Shown piece by piece: positions 1 to 12,405 of a DNA stretch of 64,000 nucleotides. The position numbers were made by a program, and so were the translations under genes. The stretch's first letter is position 1. Each line of letters begins with the position of its first letter. The DNA is from Eledone cirrhosa. Its lineage: Eukaryota. Under the pieces are notes generated by a model. It was not told the origin of the DNA and did not search any database. It saw only the letters and a list, made by a program, of their open reading frames with translations. Location: contig OZ024741.1 of assembly GCA_964016885.1 (NCBI GenBank), positions 312,976,001 through 313,040,000 of the forward strand. Reading direction: 5' to 3'.

Positions 1-352
1 CCCAGCATTTTGTTGAAAGATGGGTGAGAGAAGCAAGAATGGCCCGAGTGAATGGGCCTACTCTGAGTATGTATCTGTAAATTAAAGGTGGAAAACTGGG
101 AGAGTTCACTTCCCATGGTGGTCAGGGCTACTGTAGCCTTTTACTGGGCTTTCTGCACAAGTGTCCCTCCGAAGTCTCCCCCCTATTGGGGAATTTTTCA
201 TTGTTATTTTTTGTTACATCCTCTGTTTTTGTTTTTTACACGCAGAAATGCCCATTTGTGGCGTCCTGTATTGTCCTGCACTGTCCTTAATGTCTACTTT
301 ATGTAAACCCTTGTGGTTAATAAAGAAATCATTATTATTATTATTATTATTA
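1..352 (+). mobile_element. Tx1-type LINE copy A, 3' end (ORF2 C-terminus, 3' UTR, AATAAA, (ATT)n tail)
   Basis: Bases 1-80 encode ...QHFVERWVREARMARVNGPTLSMYL*, near-identical to the end of copy B (6066-6144). The 3' UTR matches 6145-6428 and ends AATAAAGAAATC(ATT)n. Confidence 0.92.
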
Positions 353-527
353 GGCGGTGGATTGGCAGTATTGGTAGAGGGTCGGACGCCATTCTTTGAC
401 GCATAGTGTTACGGCCCTTGCCATTCTGAGTTCAAATCCCGCCGAGGTTAACTTTGCCTTCCATCCTTACGGGGTCGATAAAATAAAGTACCAGTAATAC
501 ACTGGCCTTGTGCCTAACGTAGAAGCA
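353..527 (+). mobile_element. tRNA-derived SINE, full length
   Basis: Pol III A-box-like TGGCAGTATTGG (363-374) and B-box GAGTTCAAATCCC (428-440). Ends GTAGAAGCA followed by (ATT)n. About ten related copies or fragments occur in the window. Confidence 0.88.
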
Positions 528-764
528 ATTATTATTATTATTATTATTATTATTATTGGCGACCTACGTAGTAAATCGTATCATCGTGAGCTCCGCAAAG
601 GTTTGTTATTTCCGTTTGTTAAAAATTGTCATTTATGGAAAGTTTTACTGTTAACTGTTTATAAGCGCACATACATTGTTTTCCGAAAAGGACACCCAAA
701 AAGATTGGGGCCTTGTGCCCAAAATTTAAACTTTTATTATTATCAAAAAATTTCTTTGAAAAAA

Positions 765-2725
765 ATGGCTAATTCACCTCTGCAACAAGCAGCTGAAAGC
801 CTTCCTCACAAATTAACACCTCACACCGACACCACCATTGTAAATGTTACTACGTTTGCCAACACAAAAAAAAATATAAGCAGTAGCAATATTTTAAATT
901 TGTCTCAGGCAGACATTCATTTCCCGCTATTACCAATGACTGCACGTGTTAAAGCCTCTACCACCACCACCACCGCGACAACCACCACCACCACCACCAC
1001 CGCGACAACAGAAACAAAAGAAGAAAAAAATAAATTAACTCGTGATGCCGAAATGAAATCAAGCAAAATGGACTCTTCCCCACCAAAGACGACTGACGTC
1101 ACCACCACCACAACTGAAACTAAAATTAATATTAACGATAGCAACAACAACAACAATGACATTATAACCCCCCCCCCCTCAGTTTCGCCATAGTAGCAAA
1201 ACAATTCGAAGCTTTTACGGTAACACAGGAAGATTTAGAAAATGCCAAACAAATGGTAAAGAAAGATGGGTACAGGGTCAGCCTCCTCCCCACACCTAAT
1301 AAAATGGAGCATCGGCGCCTATGCACCGTGTCGTATAGAACAATAAATGTAAAATCGCGCCGAGTGGAACGGGCATCCGAGTCCCAAATCCAAAAAGCTT
1401 TGGGACATGTGTGGGAAAGAAAAACCCACATCAGACGTGGGCAAAAGTATGGAACCGTGGATGTGTTCTTTGAAACACCAGAGGAGGCTAGAGAACACTC
1501 CATGGCCCCATTAAAAAGTGACGACTTCACACTCCTCCCAAGCTATTGTGGCCAGAGACTCGTAAAGATCAGGGTGACCCACGTTCCACCGGCCATCGAA
1601 ATTCCCTGGATAATAGCGGCTGTTCTCGCCGGCATCGAAGCCAACACGAAAATAATAGCAATAGCAAAAGAAAAGCAGGAAAACTGGTCCGGTTCTGGGA
1701 TGGAGCTCCTAATCCAAGCGGACCAAAAAAGCATTGAGGAGATCCTAGAGGTAATAGACCTCACTGACGGCAGCCACCTCACGGTAATTGTCGAGGGCAG
1801 AAGACCTAGGTGTGTCGTTTGTGGTGAAGGAACCCACCTAAGGGTTTTCTGCCCTCAGGCTAAAAGGTTGAGGCCACCTCTCCTACCCACCCCAGTGACA
1901 CAACCATCAACACCACCAGTAGCAGAGATGGCAGCAACAACTGTAGCAGCAACAACAGAAGCAACTATAACAGCAACAACCCCAGCAACAGTAGCAAAAC
2001 CAACACCACCACCACCCAACGCTTCAGAACTAGCACCAGCGCCTACACCATCTACCACACCACAACCAAAACTAACGGCTGTGGAGGATTTTCCACTCCC
2101 CGGCCTATCACAACTGGAGACAGATTGTGACGACGAGGAGTGGGAAACGATATCCGGAAAAAAAAAAGAAACCAAAAAAGAAAAAAATTCTCTTCCTTCC
2201 CCCTCCAAAAACAAAATACAGAGGGAAACAAATAAACTAAGAAACAAAAAAGTTAGGACAGATATGCCACCATCCACACCAGCATCACCAACCCCGTCAA
2301 CCCAAACACCAACACCATCACCATCATTAACTCCAACACCACCATCACCTACACCACAAAAGTCACCAAAATGCGAAACAGAAACAAACCCACAACAAAC
2401 GCAAACAAAACAAAACAACCAAAACGATACACACTACACAGCATTAAATTTGAACAACAAGCAATTATTACACTACATCCAACACAACACCAGCATCACA
2501 GAAAAAGACTACACAACAACCCCAAAATTCACACCACCTCCACACATACAAATCACTCGCATCACACAGAAAACGTACATGACACTAAAACAAAAATTCC
2601 CCCAAAACATCGGAGACTTCCGACAAGCTCTCTCCAGGAGGATTTATAAGCACATCCTTCCTGAGGAGGCCACAAGCAGTGAAAAGGATGGAAAAACCGT
2701 CCTTCCCCTACGAGAAGTAAGGTAA
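765..2725 (+). pseudogene. LINE ORF1 (gag-like nucleic-acid-binding protein), frameshifted at the poly-C run ~1168-1178
   Basis: ATG at 765 (MANSPLQQ). ORF 1253-2725 contains the zinc knuckle CVVCGEGTHLRVFC (CX2CX4HX4C) and Pro/Thr-rich and basic segments. Homologous to the ORF1s of copies C, D, F and G. Confidence 0.88.
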
Positions 2726-2759
2726 GTGGTCTTTCCCATCTTTTCCACTCCTTTTCAAC

Positions 2760-5700
2760 ATGACCTCACTCAGAATAGGCAGCATAAATGCGCGTGGCTT
2801 GGGGTCGTCATGGAAGCAGGGCCACCTGCTCAACCACCTCAGGTCACTAAACATAGATGTAGTGGCCATCAGCGAGACCAGAATCTCCGAAGCACAGGCT
2901 TTCGCACTGATCTTCGGCGGCTACGATGTGTACGCATCTCCCAGCCGTCCGGGATCGGGGGGAGGGGAGGATTTGCTGTGCTTTTTCGGAGAGGTTTGGA
3001 TCTTGCCATACAGGCCATCTTCCTGAACCCAGAAGGTAAGTTGGAGGTGCTGGACGTGACCAGCGGAGACGGGCAAGCTTTCAGGTTAGTGGCCGTCTAT
3101 GCCCCGACAGTAGCAGGGCGGCCTGATTTCTTCCGGTGTCTGGAGACCTTTCTTGGAACATCCCGCTCTTTAGTGTTAGTGGGCGACTGGAACGGGATCT
3201 TAGATGCACGCTGGGATTGTGTGGGATTAGTGGATAGGGAAGGAGGGTGCAAGTGTCTCACCAACCTGCTCAGACGTTTTGAACTGTCTGACAGGTACCG
3301 AATGGATTTCCCGAACGTACCAATGTGGACTTGGACAAATCACATGGGGTCATCCAGATCATATCTAGATAGAGTATTTTGTAGGGAAATAGATAGGTCT
3401 AGCATAGGCTGTCCACAATTCAAGATAGTCAGCTACACGGACCACAAATTCGTGATCTGTGGGCTTGACTTAGATAGGCTTCATAGGCGAGGACCCGGCT
3501 ACAGAGACCGGATTAGCGAACTAGTTAAGCGGGCGTTGACGGTGGCCATCGTCAACAACAAGTGGTGGTTTGCTCTGAAAAGAGTAATTAGAATAGAGTC
3601 CATTAGGTTTAGTAAGACTTTAGCAATAGAGAAAAATAGAGCAGAGGGAGAACTAGTTAGAAAATTAGATGAGGCGCTTAGCAAAGGCATCGCGACCGAC
3701 GTACTTGCGGCGAAATTGGCCCTTGACCAATTCTTCAATGCAAAGCACGAAGGCTGCGTTGTCAGAGCTAGGGTGCGTGCTCTCAGACACGAGGGGACGA
3801 AAGCCGTTCAATGGGCCCGAGTGGCGGAGGCGCGTCGTGGCAACAAAGCCACGATCCGGTCTTTGGTGGACCACGACGGGCGCATGCTACTCGATCCCGG
3901 GCAAATGTGTGAAGCTTTTCAGCGACACTTCGCTCAACTGTTCGGGGGCAGTGGCGGGCCGGATCGAGGGATGGACTTTAGTGTCTACCTCGACGGACTG
4001 CCGCGGCTATCGGCCACTGAGGCGGAGTGTTGCGAAAAGCCGATAAAAACCGCTGAAGTACGGGAGGCAATGACTGGCTGCACAAGGGGTAAATCGCCTG
4101 GTTTGGATGGTCTTCCCTATGAACTTTACGTACAAATGCCAAACCTGCTCGGAAGCCTCTTGGCGGACGTCTACTGCAACTGGCAACAGAACGGGGGAAT
4201 TCCCAGCTCTGTGAGCCGAGGAGCGGTGGCGCTGCTGAGAAAGGATCCGAACAAGTGGGATAACATAGATAATTTTAGGCCCATAACTCTGCTAAACACA
4301 GAGTTCAAGATTTTGGCCAAGGTGCTAGCAAAGAGGTTGGCGCTTGTCGTTGGTGGTCTGGTGGGAGAGGCACAGACATGCGCCATTCCCGACAGATCCA
4401 TCCACGACAACCTCCACCTCATGCGATACATCGTAGAGAGGGTAGCTAGGGAACCTGGCAAGGGTGGGTCTTTGATCAATTTAGATCAATCGAAAGCCTT
4501 CGATAGGGTCGACCATCGTTACCTAGCGGCAGTCCTGAGGGCGGCTGGCTTTGTGCCCGTCTTCAGAGGCTGGATCGCTGCCATGCACAGCGACATCTGC
4601 TCTGTAGTGAGAGTGAACGGTCACCTTTCGGAACCGTTCAACATCATGCGCTCGGTCCGCCAAGGATGTCCCCTCTCGTCCCTATTGTACGTATTGACTC
4701 TCGAGCCATTACTGCACAAACTGGAGACGTTGAGGGGGGACCCGCGTGAACTAGGATGCGGAAGATCCGTGTCAGCATATGCCGACGATGTCACCGTGGT
4801 GGTGTCGAACGCCAAACACATGGAGGCGATCGGCACTACACTAAGAGAATACGAAGCGGTGACAGGAGCAATGATCAACCAGGAAAAGTCAGTGGGCCTG
4901 CAGCTCGGCACCTGGAGAGGCAGGTCCATGCCGTCCAACAGCGTCGTCGAGCGCTGGACGGACGGACCGGTTAAATTGCTAGGGGTCTGGTTCGGTCCAG
5001 ACCTCCAGACGGACAAAAACTGGGACGAGCTGACGAGCAGGGTGGCTTCTTTCACCCAGAAATGGGCCGAGAGGAAGCTATCCCTGAAAGGTCGAGCGGA
5101 GGTGGCGAATGCGTACATCGCATCCGTCATCTACTACCGCCTGACCGTCGTACCCTGTCCTAAGCCCCGCCTGACTGCGCTGGAGCGTTTGCTCTTTCGC
5201 TTCTAGTGGAAGGGACGCGCTCCGATGGTCAGGCGGTCCATCTGCTGTCAACACAAGCTACTTGGAGGGCTGGGCATGCCGTGGCTGATGATGCGCAGAC
5301 ACGCGCTTAGGCTACGACATCTCCACCTCTTCCTCGACGGTGATCAGGTGTGGTCGCCGTTTGCTAGACACGTTTTTCCCCAGCTCGTCTCCTTGACGGA
5401 GCTGCAGTCCTGGGTCAAGCGAAGACCGAGAGGGAGCGCTTGGAGACTGGAATGTCTTCAGGCGCTAACAGCCCGCGACCAATCGGGCAATGTGATCGGT
5501 GGAAACTCCAACTTGGCGTTCTATAGGGGATTAGTGGAGGGAAAGAGCGACGACGTACTTGGAGAAACTCTAGGCGTCGACGAAAATCAACTAGCCAATC
5601 TCTTCTGAAGGACTTTCGGGCCGGGGCCTATGGACAACTTCCAGAAATCCCTGGCCTGGCAGTGCTACCGAGGAGCTTTGCCAGTTCGGGATAAACTCTA

Positions 5701-6144
5701 CAGGCATGGAGGTGCCGTCAGCCGGCATGTCCGAGATGCGCGCAGGGCGACGAAACCGTCCTGCACGCACTCGTCCAGTGTCCGAGCATTGCTGACTTGT
5801 GGGTTTATGTCGAACACCTGCTGTCACGTGTAGGACGGATCCAGCTATCAGCTGAGTCCATCGTGAGGATTGCCCCGCCCCCTTCCTTTAGCCGGGAAGG
5901 GCAGGCAGTTTTTATCTGTCTGGTGGCCATGTCGAAAGAGATAGTATGGTGGACACGTTTGAAAGGGCTGAAGACGAGCACTTACCTCTTCGGTGATGCC
6001 CTGATTAACTTTTTCAAATTTCATTTGAAAAGGAAAATCAGGGTAGAGAGGGAAGTGCTCTCTTCCCAGCATTTTGTTGAAAGATGGGTGAGAGAAGCAA
6101 GTATGGCCCGAATGAATGGGCCTTCTCTGAGTATGTGTCTGTAA
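2760..6144 (+). pseudogene. LINE ORF2: AP endonuclease + reverse transcriptase + C-terminal Cys/His finger; frameshifts and stops
   Basis: APE motifs SINARGL, AISET, VGDWN, SYLDR, YTDH. RT motifs KSPGLDG, FRPITLLN, DQSKAFDRV, VRQGCPLS, YADD. GGLGMP and the L1/Tx1-type tail follow. Frameshift ~2960, stops at 5204-5206 and 5606-5608. Confidence 0.93.
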
Positions 6145-6377
6145 ATTAAAGGTGGAAAACTGGGAGAGGGCACTTGCCCTGGTGGTCAGGGTCACTGTGG
6201 TCTGTTAATGGGCTTTCTCCACAAATGTCCCTCGGAAGTCTCCCCCCTATTGGGGAATTTTTCTTTGTTATTTTATTTCATCCTCTGTTTTTTTTACACG
6301 CAGAAATGCCCATTTGTACCGTCCTGTACTGTCCTTAATGTCTACTTTATGTAAACCCTTGTGGTTAATAAAGAAAA

Positions 6378-6428
<51 letters not shown>

Positions 6429-6433
6429 CATCT

Positions 6434-9400
6434 GCGACCTAGGTAGGAAATTGTATTATCATGAGCTCCACAAAGGTTTGTTGTTTTCAGTTGTTTCAAA
6501 TTGCCAGTTATGGAAAATCTTTGTTGTTAAGTATTTATAAGCTCATATATCTATTGCTTTCTGAAAAGGATACTCAATAATATTGGGGCATTGAGCCCAA
6601 CATTTAAACTTTATTTTATCAAACAAAAATCTATTTGAAAACAAAAACATGGACGGCATTCGGCTACCCAAATCTGCTGACAGAAGTTCTAACAGACCAA
6701 CGTCTCCCAACACCACCACCACCACCGCCACCATTGTAAACCTTGCTACGGTTGCCAACACTGAAAATATAAGTAACAGCAGTGGAAATTATTTAGATTT
6801 GTCACGTGCAGACATGGGTTTCCCGCTATTACCAATGTCTACAGGTGTTAAAGCCGCCATCTCCACCACCACAATGTCAAATAGTACATCCAACACCAAT
6901 GTTAACACCACTAGAGCAACAACTGAAACACCAAATAAATTATTATCTCGTGATATCGAAATGGATTCTACCGAATTCGACTCTTCTACGCCGAACGTCA
7001 CTGACCCCCCTCACAACAACAATAACTGAAACTAAAAATAATAATAACAACGATAACAATAATAACAACAACAGCAACAATATTAATAACAACAACAACA
7101 TCAACACCAGCGCAAAACCAAATGTATCATTGGCTGAAGAGGCAAACAAAAACGAAACGGTTGAGGTAAGCCAGGGAGAATTGAATGAAGCGAAGCGAAT
7201 GGTGAAAAAATATAGGTACAGGGTTAGCCTCATCGCCCCCCCCCATCCATCTAATAAGGACAGCGAGCTTGCCTGATGCCGAAGCGTCGCTGGTCAACGT
7301 CACACGCCTCAGGCGGCTCCGGAAAATCCCACTCAGGATCCCGAAACCGGCCCGGGTGCCGGTAGCCGATGCCCTCGCTTCCTCGATTGAGAGTGCTCTG
7401 GACTCTACTCGAGCCAGCGACTGGGAGCGACTCTTTTATTTCGCACCACTCGCCCACGGCCTCCCCAGTTCTGGCGCTGACCGGGGCGGCCGGTTGACAG
7501 CAGACTTCGTCAAGGCCAATGTTTCGTCCTTTGGGCAAACGCTCATTCCAAGAGTGCCTAGAGACGCCGCACATCCCACCTCCAAACCTCCTCCTTTGAG
7601 GCCAGCAGCAAGCGTTTATGTGATCGCGTAAATGCTAAACTAATCATGGGTGTTGTCTCGGTCGCAGTCAGATTGGTTGCCTCAGAGGATACTGTCCTCC
7701 AACCCACTAAGGAGGTCCTGGCTGCCCTGCGACTCAAACACCCTGAACCACCCGCTCTTCTCAGACCCATACCTCCACCCGACTCTAACTTGCTCCTTGT
7801 GGCTTCCAACACAGACATCATGTCTGCCATCAAGTCCTTCCCTGCTAGCTGCAACGGAGGCGCTGATGGTCTGAGACCAGGCCACCTAAAGGAGTTCCTA
7901 TGTCCCCTCTCCGCTGAGGCCGGGCACCGCCTTCTGAGTGCAATTGTGACGCTCACCAATAGGATCATCCATGGCACCCTGGATCATCACGCCCGAGGCC
8001 TTTTTTGCGGCTAGCATCACCTCTCACATGAAGAAAGAGGGTGGCATACGCCCTATCGCTGTGGGCAATGTCTTCCGGAGGCTGGCTGCCAATGTGGTCT
8101 GCAGGTCCATAGAACCCGAAGTGGGTGAGGATTTCAGTACGGTGCAACTGGCTGTCAGCGTGTCCGGTGGCTGTGAGGGGGCCGCACATGGAACCAGGCA
8201 GTTCTTCAACAGCTGCCCACCGGTACCAGCATCCAAGGACCCAAGCACCTCATTGTCAAATTTGACATGAGGAATGTCTTCAACTCCTTGCGCCGGGACC
8301 ATCTGCTCGATGCCTTCCTCAGCCGAGCCTCCTCTGCCTACCCGCTGGTCTACCTGTCGTATGGAGCCCCGAGTATGCTCCTTGCTGCTGATACGGTCAT
8401 AACTTCGGTTACTGGGGTCCAACAGGGCGACCCTTTGGGAACCTTCCTGTTTGCCCTTGGTATAGATCACATCGTCCGGAGTATCACAGCCCCTCTCAAC
8501 GTTTGGTATCTGGATGATGCTCAGTTGGGCGGGCCCGTACAGACTGTCTGCCATGACCTACAATCGGTGGTTCCTATCCTGGCGGGAATCGGCCTCCAGG
8601 TCAACTCGGCCAAGTCGGAGTTGGTGAATGTCAGCCACGATGCTGAGAGCTTTGAACCCTCCGTCTCGGATGTGCGGTCCATTCTCCACATGTACAGGTG
8701 AACCCCAAAGAGGATGTCCTCATCCTCGGGTCACCGATCCACCCGCCGACCATCCGCTCCACCATCAAGTCCAGGTTTCAACAACTCCAGACTCTCACGA
8801 GACGACTGGGCATGAACGACGGCCACCCAGCTCTATTTCTGTTGAGGAACTGATTCGCCTGCCGATGCTCTTCTATACACTTCGCAGCGCTCCGTGCTAC
8901 ACCCACACATCTCTCCTCGCTGACCTCAATACTTGTATCAGAGCAGTAGCGAAGGAGATATGCAACGTCAAGTTTGACGACATTGGATGGCAACAGGCCA
9001 CTTTAACTGTCAGGTATGGCGGCCTTGGCCTCCGGTCCTTATCTCGCTGGCTTTGCCGGCGTATCTTTCGTCGGTAACCTCGGGCCGCTTCCTCGTCAGC
9101 AGGGATCTTCAAAACACAATACAACCCTCTGTGTTCACAGAACGTGAGGCCGCCTGTGAGACGTGGGACCGGCTGGGACTTAGTTCAGTAGACATCCCTC
9201 CTGCTTCTCTCCCTGTTGACGTCAAGTCCACCAAAACACTTTGAATGCCATCCAGTGCAGCCTGGCCTCAGACAGGCTCACTCGCGAGCTTTACCCCACC
9301 GCCTTGCCTGCTTTCGTGCGGCCTCCAAACCCCACAGTGGTGATGGCTCCATGCCCTGCCATCCTTCTCCACTGGCACGCAGCTAGACAACAATAGCCTG

Positions 9401-12400
9401 CGCATCGGCGTTTCCTTGAGGCTTGGCCTCCGAATCTGCAAGCCACACCAATGAGCTGCGGATCCACCGTGGATTCCTTCGGCCTCCACCCTCTTTCCTG
9501 TCGCCACAGTGCCGGTCGCCTTCCACACCATGCTGCCCTCAACGAGGTCATAAAGCATTGCTTGGACGATGCGGGCTTCCCTTCCCAGCTCAAATGGTGG
9601 GGCTGGACTGAGGGGACGGCAAAATGCCAGATGGCATGACCATCTTCCCGTTCCGCGGTGGCAAATCCCTCGTCTGGGATGCTACGTACACCGACACTTT
9701 CTGCAACAGCAACCTGGTGCAGTCTGCGACTAACCCAGTTTCTGCTGCACGTCGGGCTGAGGAGCCCAAGCTCCTCAATTACCGGTCGCTCTCCGACAGG
9801 TTTGCGGTTGTACTCCTTGTAGTGGATACGTCTGGCTCCTCGGTCCTAGGGCTTCCTCCCTACTCAGCACCATATGCGCTGAGCTGGCCAGCCGCAGGTG
9901 TGAACCCCGTGAGCTGGAGTGGCTTTTCCAGCGCGTCTCCCTTGCCGTCCACCGGGGGAACACCTTCTCCATCCTGTCCGCCGGGGCTGTAGCGTGGGTG
10001 GGTCGCGCTGGGCATCGCATAACATTCCATATTTAGGTATCTGTGTTCTCACATGTAGGCTCACGTCATTTACCATAGTGTTGTGTCCCTAAACGAAGTG
10101 TATTTCCTTTAATAGTAACAATGTAATTTGTCTGCAGTATGTGTACAATGAGATACTATACAGCATTACATTTGAAAAACAACCAATTATTACACTACAG
10201 CCAACACAACACCAGCATCACAGAAAAAGACTATACGACACCCCAAAAATTCACAACAAACCCACACATACAAATCACTCGCATCACACATAAAACATAC
10301 ACGACACTAAAATTATAATTCCCCAATGACATCGGAGATTTCCGACAAACACTTTCCAGGAGGATTTATAAAGACATCCTTCCGGACAGGGTCACAAACA
10401 GTGAGAATGACGGAAAAAAAAACATCATTCCTCCACAAGAAGTCAGGTAAGTGGTCTTTCCAGTCTTTTTCCACTCCTTTTCAACATGAAATTATTCAGA
10501 ATAGGCAGCATAATTGCGCGTGGCCTGGGGTCGTCATGGAAGCACGGCCACCTGCTCAACGATCTCCGGTCACTAAACATAGATGTGGTGGCCATCAGCA
10601 GGACCAGAATCTTCGAAGCACGAGACAACGCAGCGATCTTCGCGGCTAAGATGTATACGCATCTCCCAGCCGTCCAGGATCGGTGGCAGAAGTTGCTGTG
10701 CTTTTTCGGAGATGCTTGGATCTCGCCATACGGGCCAACTTCTGGAACCAAAAGGTAAATTGGTGGTGCTGGACGTGACCAGCGGAGACGGGCAAGCTTT
10801 CAGGCTAGTGGCCGTCTACGCCCCGACAGGAACAAGGCGGCCTGATTTCTTCCGACGTCTGGAGACTTTTCTTGGAACATCACGCTCTTTAGTGTTAGTG
10901 GTTGACTGGAACGGGATATTAGATCCACCCTGGGACTGTGTAGGATTAGCGGATAGGGGAGGAGGGTGTAAAAGCTTCGCAAACCTGCTCAAATGGTTTC
11001 AACTGTCTGACAGGTACCGTCTTAATTTCCCGAGTATGCCAATGTGGACATGGACAAACCGCATCGGTTCATCCAGATCCTTTCTAGATAGGGTATTTTG
11101 TAGGGAAATAGATAGTTCTAGCATAGGCTGTCTACAATTCAACAGACCACAAATTCGTGATCTGTGAGGTTGAATTAGATAGGCTTGATAGATAAGGACG
11201 TGCTACCGGATTAGCGAGCTAGTTAAGCGGGCGCTGACGGGGGCCATCGTCAACAACAAATGCTGGTTTGCTCTGAAAAGAGCGATTAGAATAGAATCGA
11301 TTAGGTTTAGTAAGGTTTTAGCAATAGAGAAAAATAGAGCAGAGGGAGAACTAGTTAGAAAATTAAACGAGGCGCTTAGGAAAGGCATCGCTACCGATGT
11401 GCTTGTAGCGAAATTGGCCCTTGACCAATTCTTCAATGCAGAGCACAAAGGCTGCGTTGTCAGAGCAAGGGCGCGTGCTCTCAGACAGGAGGGGACGAAA
11501 GCCGTTCAATGGGCCCGAGTGGCGGAGGCGCGTCGTGGCAACAAATCCACGATCCGGTCTTTGGTGGACCACAACTGGCGCATGTTACTCAAGCCCGGGC
11601 AAATGTGTGCAGCTTTTCAGCGACACTTCCCTCAGCTGTTCGGGAGCAGCGGCGGGCCGGATCGAGGGATCGACTTTAGTGCCTACTCAGACGGACTGCC
11701 GAGGCTCTCGGTCACTGAGTCGGAGTGATGCGAAAAGCCGATAACAGCCGCTGAAGTACGGGAGACAATGACTGGCTGTACAAGGGGCCAACGCCTGGTT
11801 TGGATGGTCTACGCTACGAACTTTACGTACACATGTCAGACTTGTTCGGAGGCCCCTTGGCGGACGTCTACCGCATCTGGCAACAGAACGGGAGAATTCA
11901 CAGCTCTGTTAGCCGAGGAGCGGTGGCGCTGCTGAGAAAGGATCCGAACAAGGGGAATAACATAGATAATTTCAAGCCCATAACTGCTAAACACAGATTT
12001 TGGCCAAGGTGCTAGCAAAGAGGATGGCGCTTGTAGTTGGTGGTCTGCTCACATTTCGGAACCGTTAAACATCATGCGCTCGGTCCACCAAGGATGTCCC
12101 CTCTCGTCACTGTTGTACATATTGACTCTCGGGCTGCACAAACTGGAGACTTTGAGCGGGGTCCCGCGCGAACTAGGATGCGGAAGATATGTGTCATCAT
12201 ATGCAGATGTGGTCACGGTAGTGGTGTCGAACGCCAAACACATCGAGGTGATCGGCACAACAATAAGAGAATACGAGGCGGTGACAGAAGTAATGATCAG
12301 CCAGGAAAAGTCGGTGGGCCTGCAGTTCGGCACCTGAAGAGGAAGGTCCATGCCGTCCAACAGCGTCGTCGGGTGCTGGACGGACGGACCGGTTAAATTG

Positions 12401-12405
12401 CTGGG
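6434..12405 (+). mobile_element. Tx1-type LINE copy C (same family as B), interrupted by a CRE-type element and 3'-truncated
   Basis: 5' end GCGACCTAGGTAG follows B's (ATT)n tail. ORF1 runs 6649-7257 and resumes ~10153. ORF2 starts at 10486 (MKLFRIGSIIARGLG), has an internal deletion near 12046 and stops after GPVKLLG at ~12405. Confidence 0.88.
7259..10150 (+). mobile_element. CRE-type (early-branching, RLE-encoding) non-LTR retrotransposon, 5'-truncated and degraded
   Basis: RT motifs GGIRPIAVGNVFRRLAA, GVQQGDPLG, WYLDDA; GGLGLR; zinc-finger region CGSTVDSFGLHPLSC..HAALNEVIK; restriction-like endonuclease PDG...LVWDAT..DT...AARRAEE.K..Y. Confidence 0.85.

Larger units (their letters stand above)
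558..6428 (+). mobile_element. Tx1-type LINE copy B, full length, inactivated
   Basis: 5' end GGCGACCTACG directly follows (ATT)n 528-557. Has a 5' UTR, ORF1, a short spacer, ORF2, a 3' UTR and an (ATT)n tail at 6379-6428. Confidence 0.93.

Noticed and set aside
353-440. tRNA gene
   Set aside because: A and B boxes are present, but there is no clean cloverleaf and it is the head of a dispersed SINE.
558-700. HDV-like ribozyme at Tx1 5' ends
   Set aside because: I could not assemble the nested double-pseudoknot pairings by eye; unsupported without a motif search.
510-764. N-terminal poly-Ile extension of ORF 510-1193
   Set aside because: It is translation of the SINE tail, (ATT)n and the 5' UTR; the likely start is ATG 765.
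2726-5206. 826-aa ORF as an intact, active ORF2
   Set aside because: The true N-terminus is in another frame (2760), the WKLN segment is deleted near 3500, and stops truncate the C-terminus.
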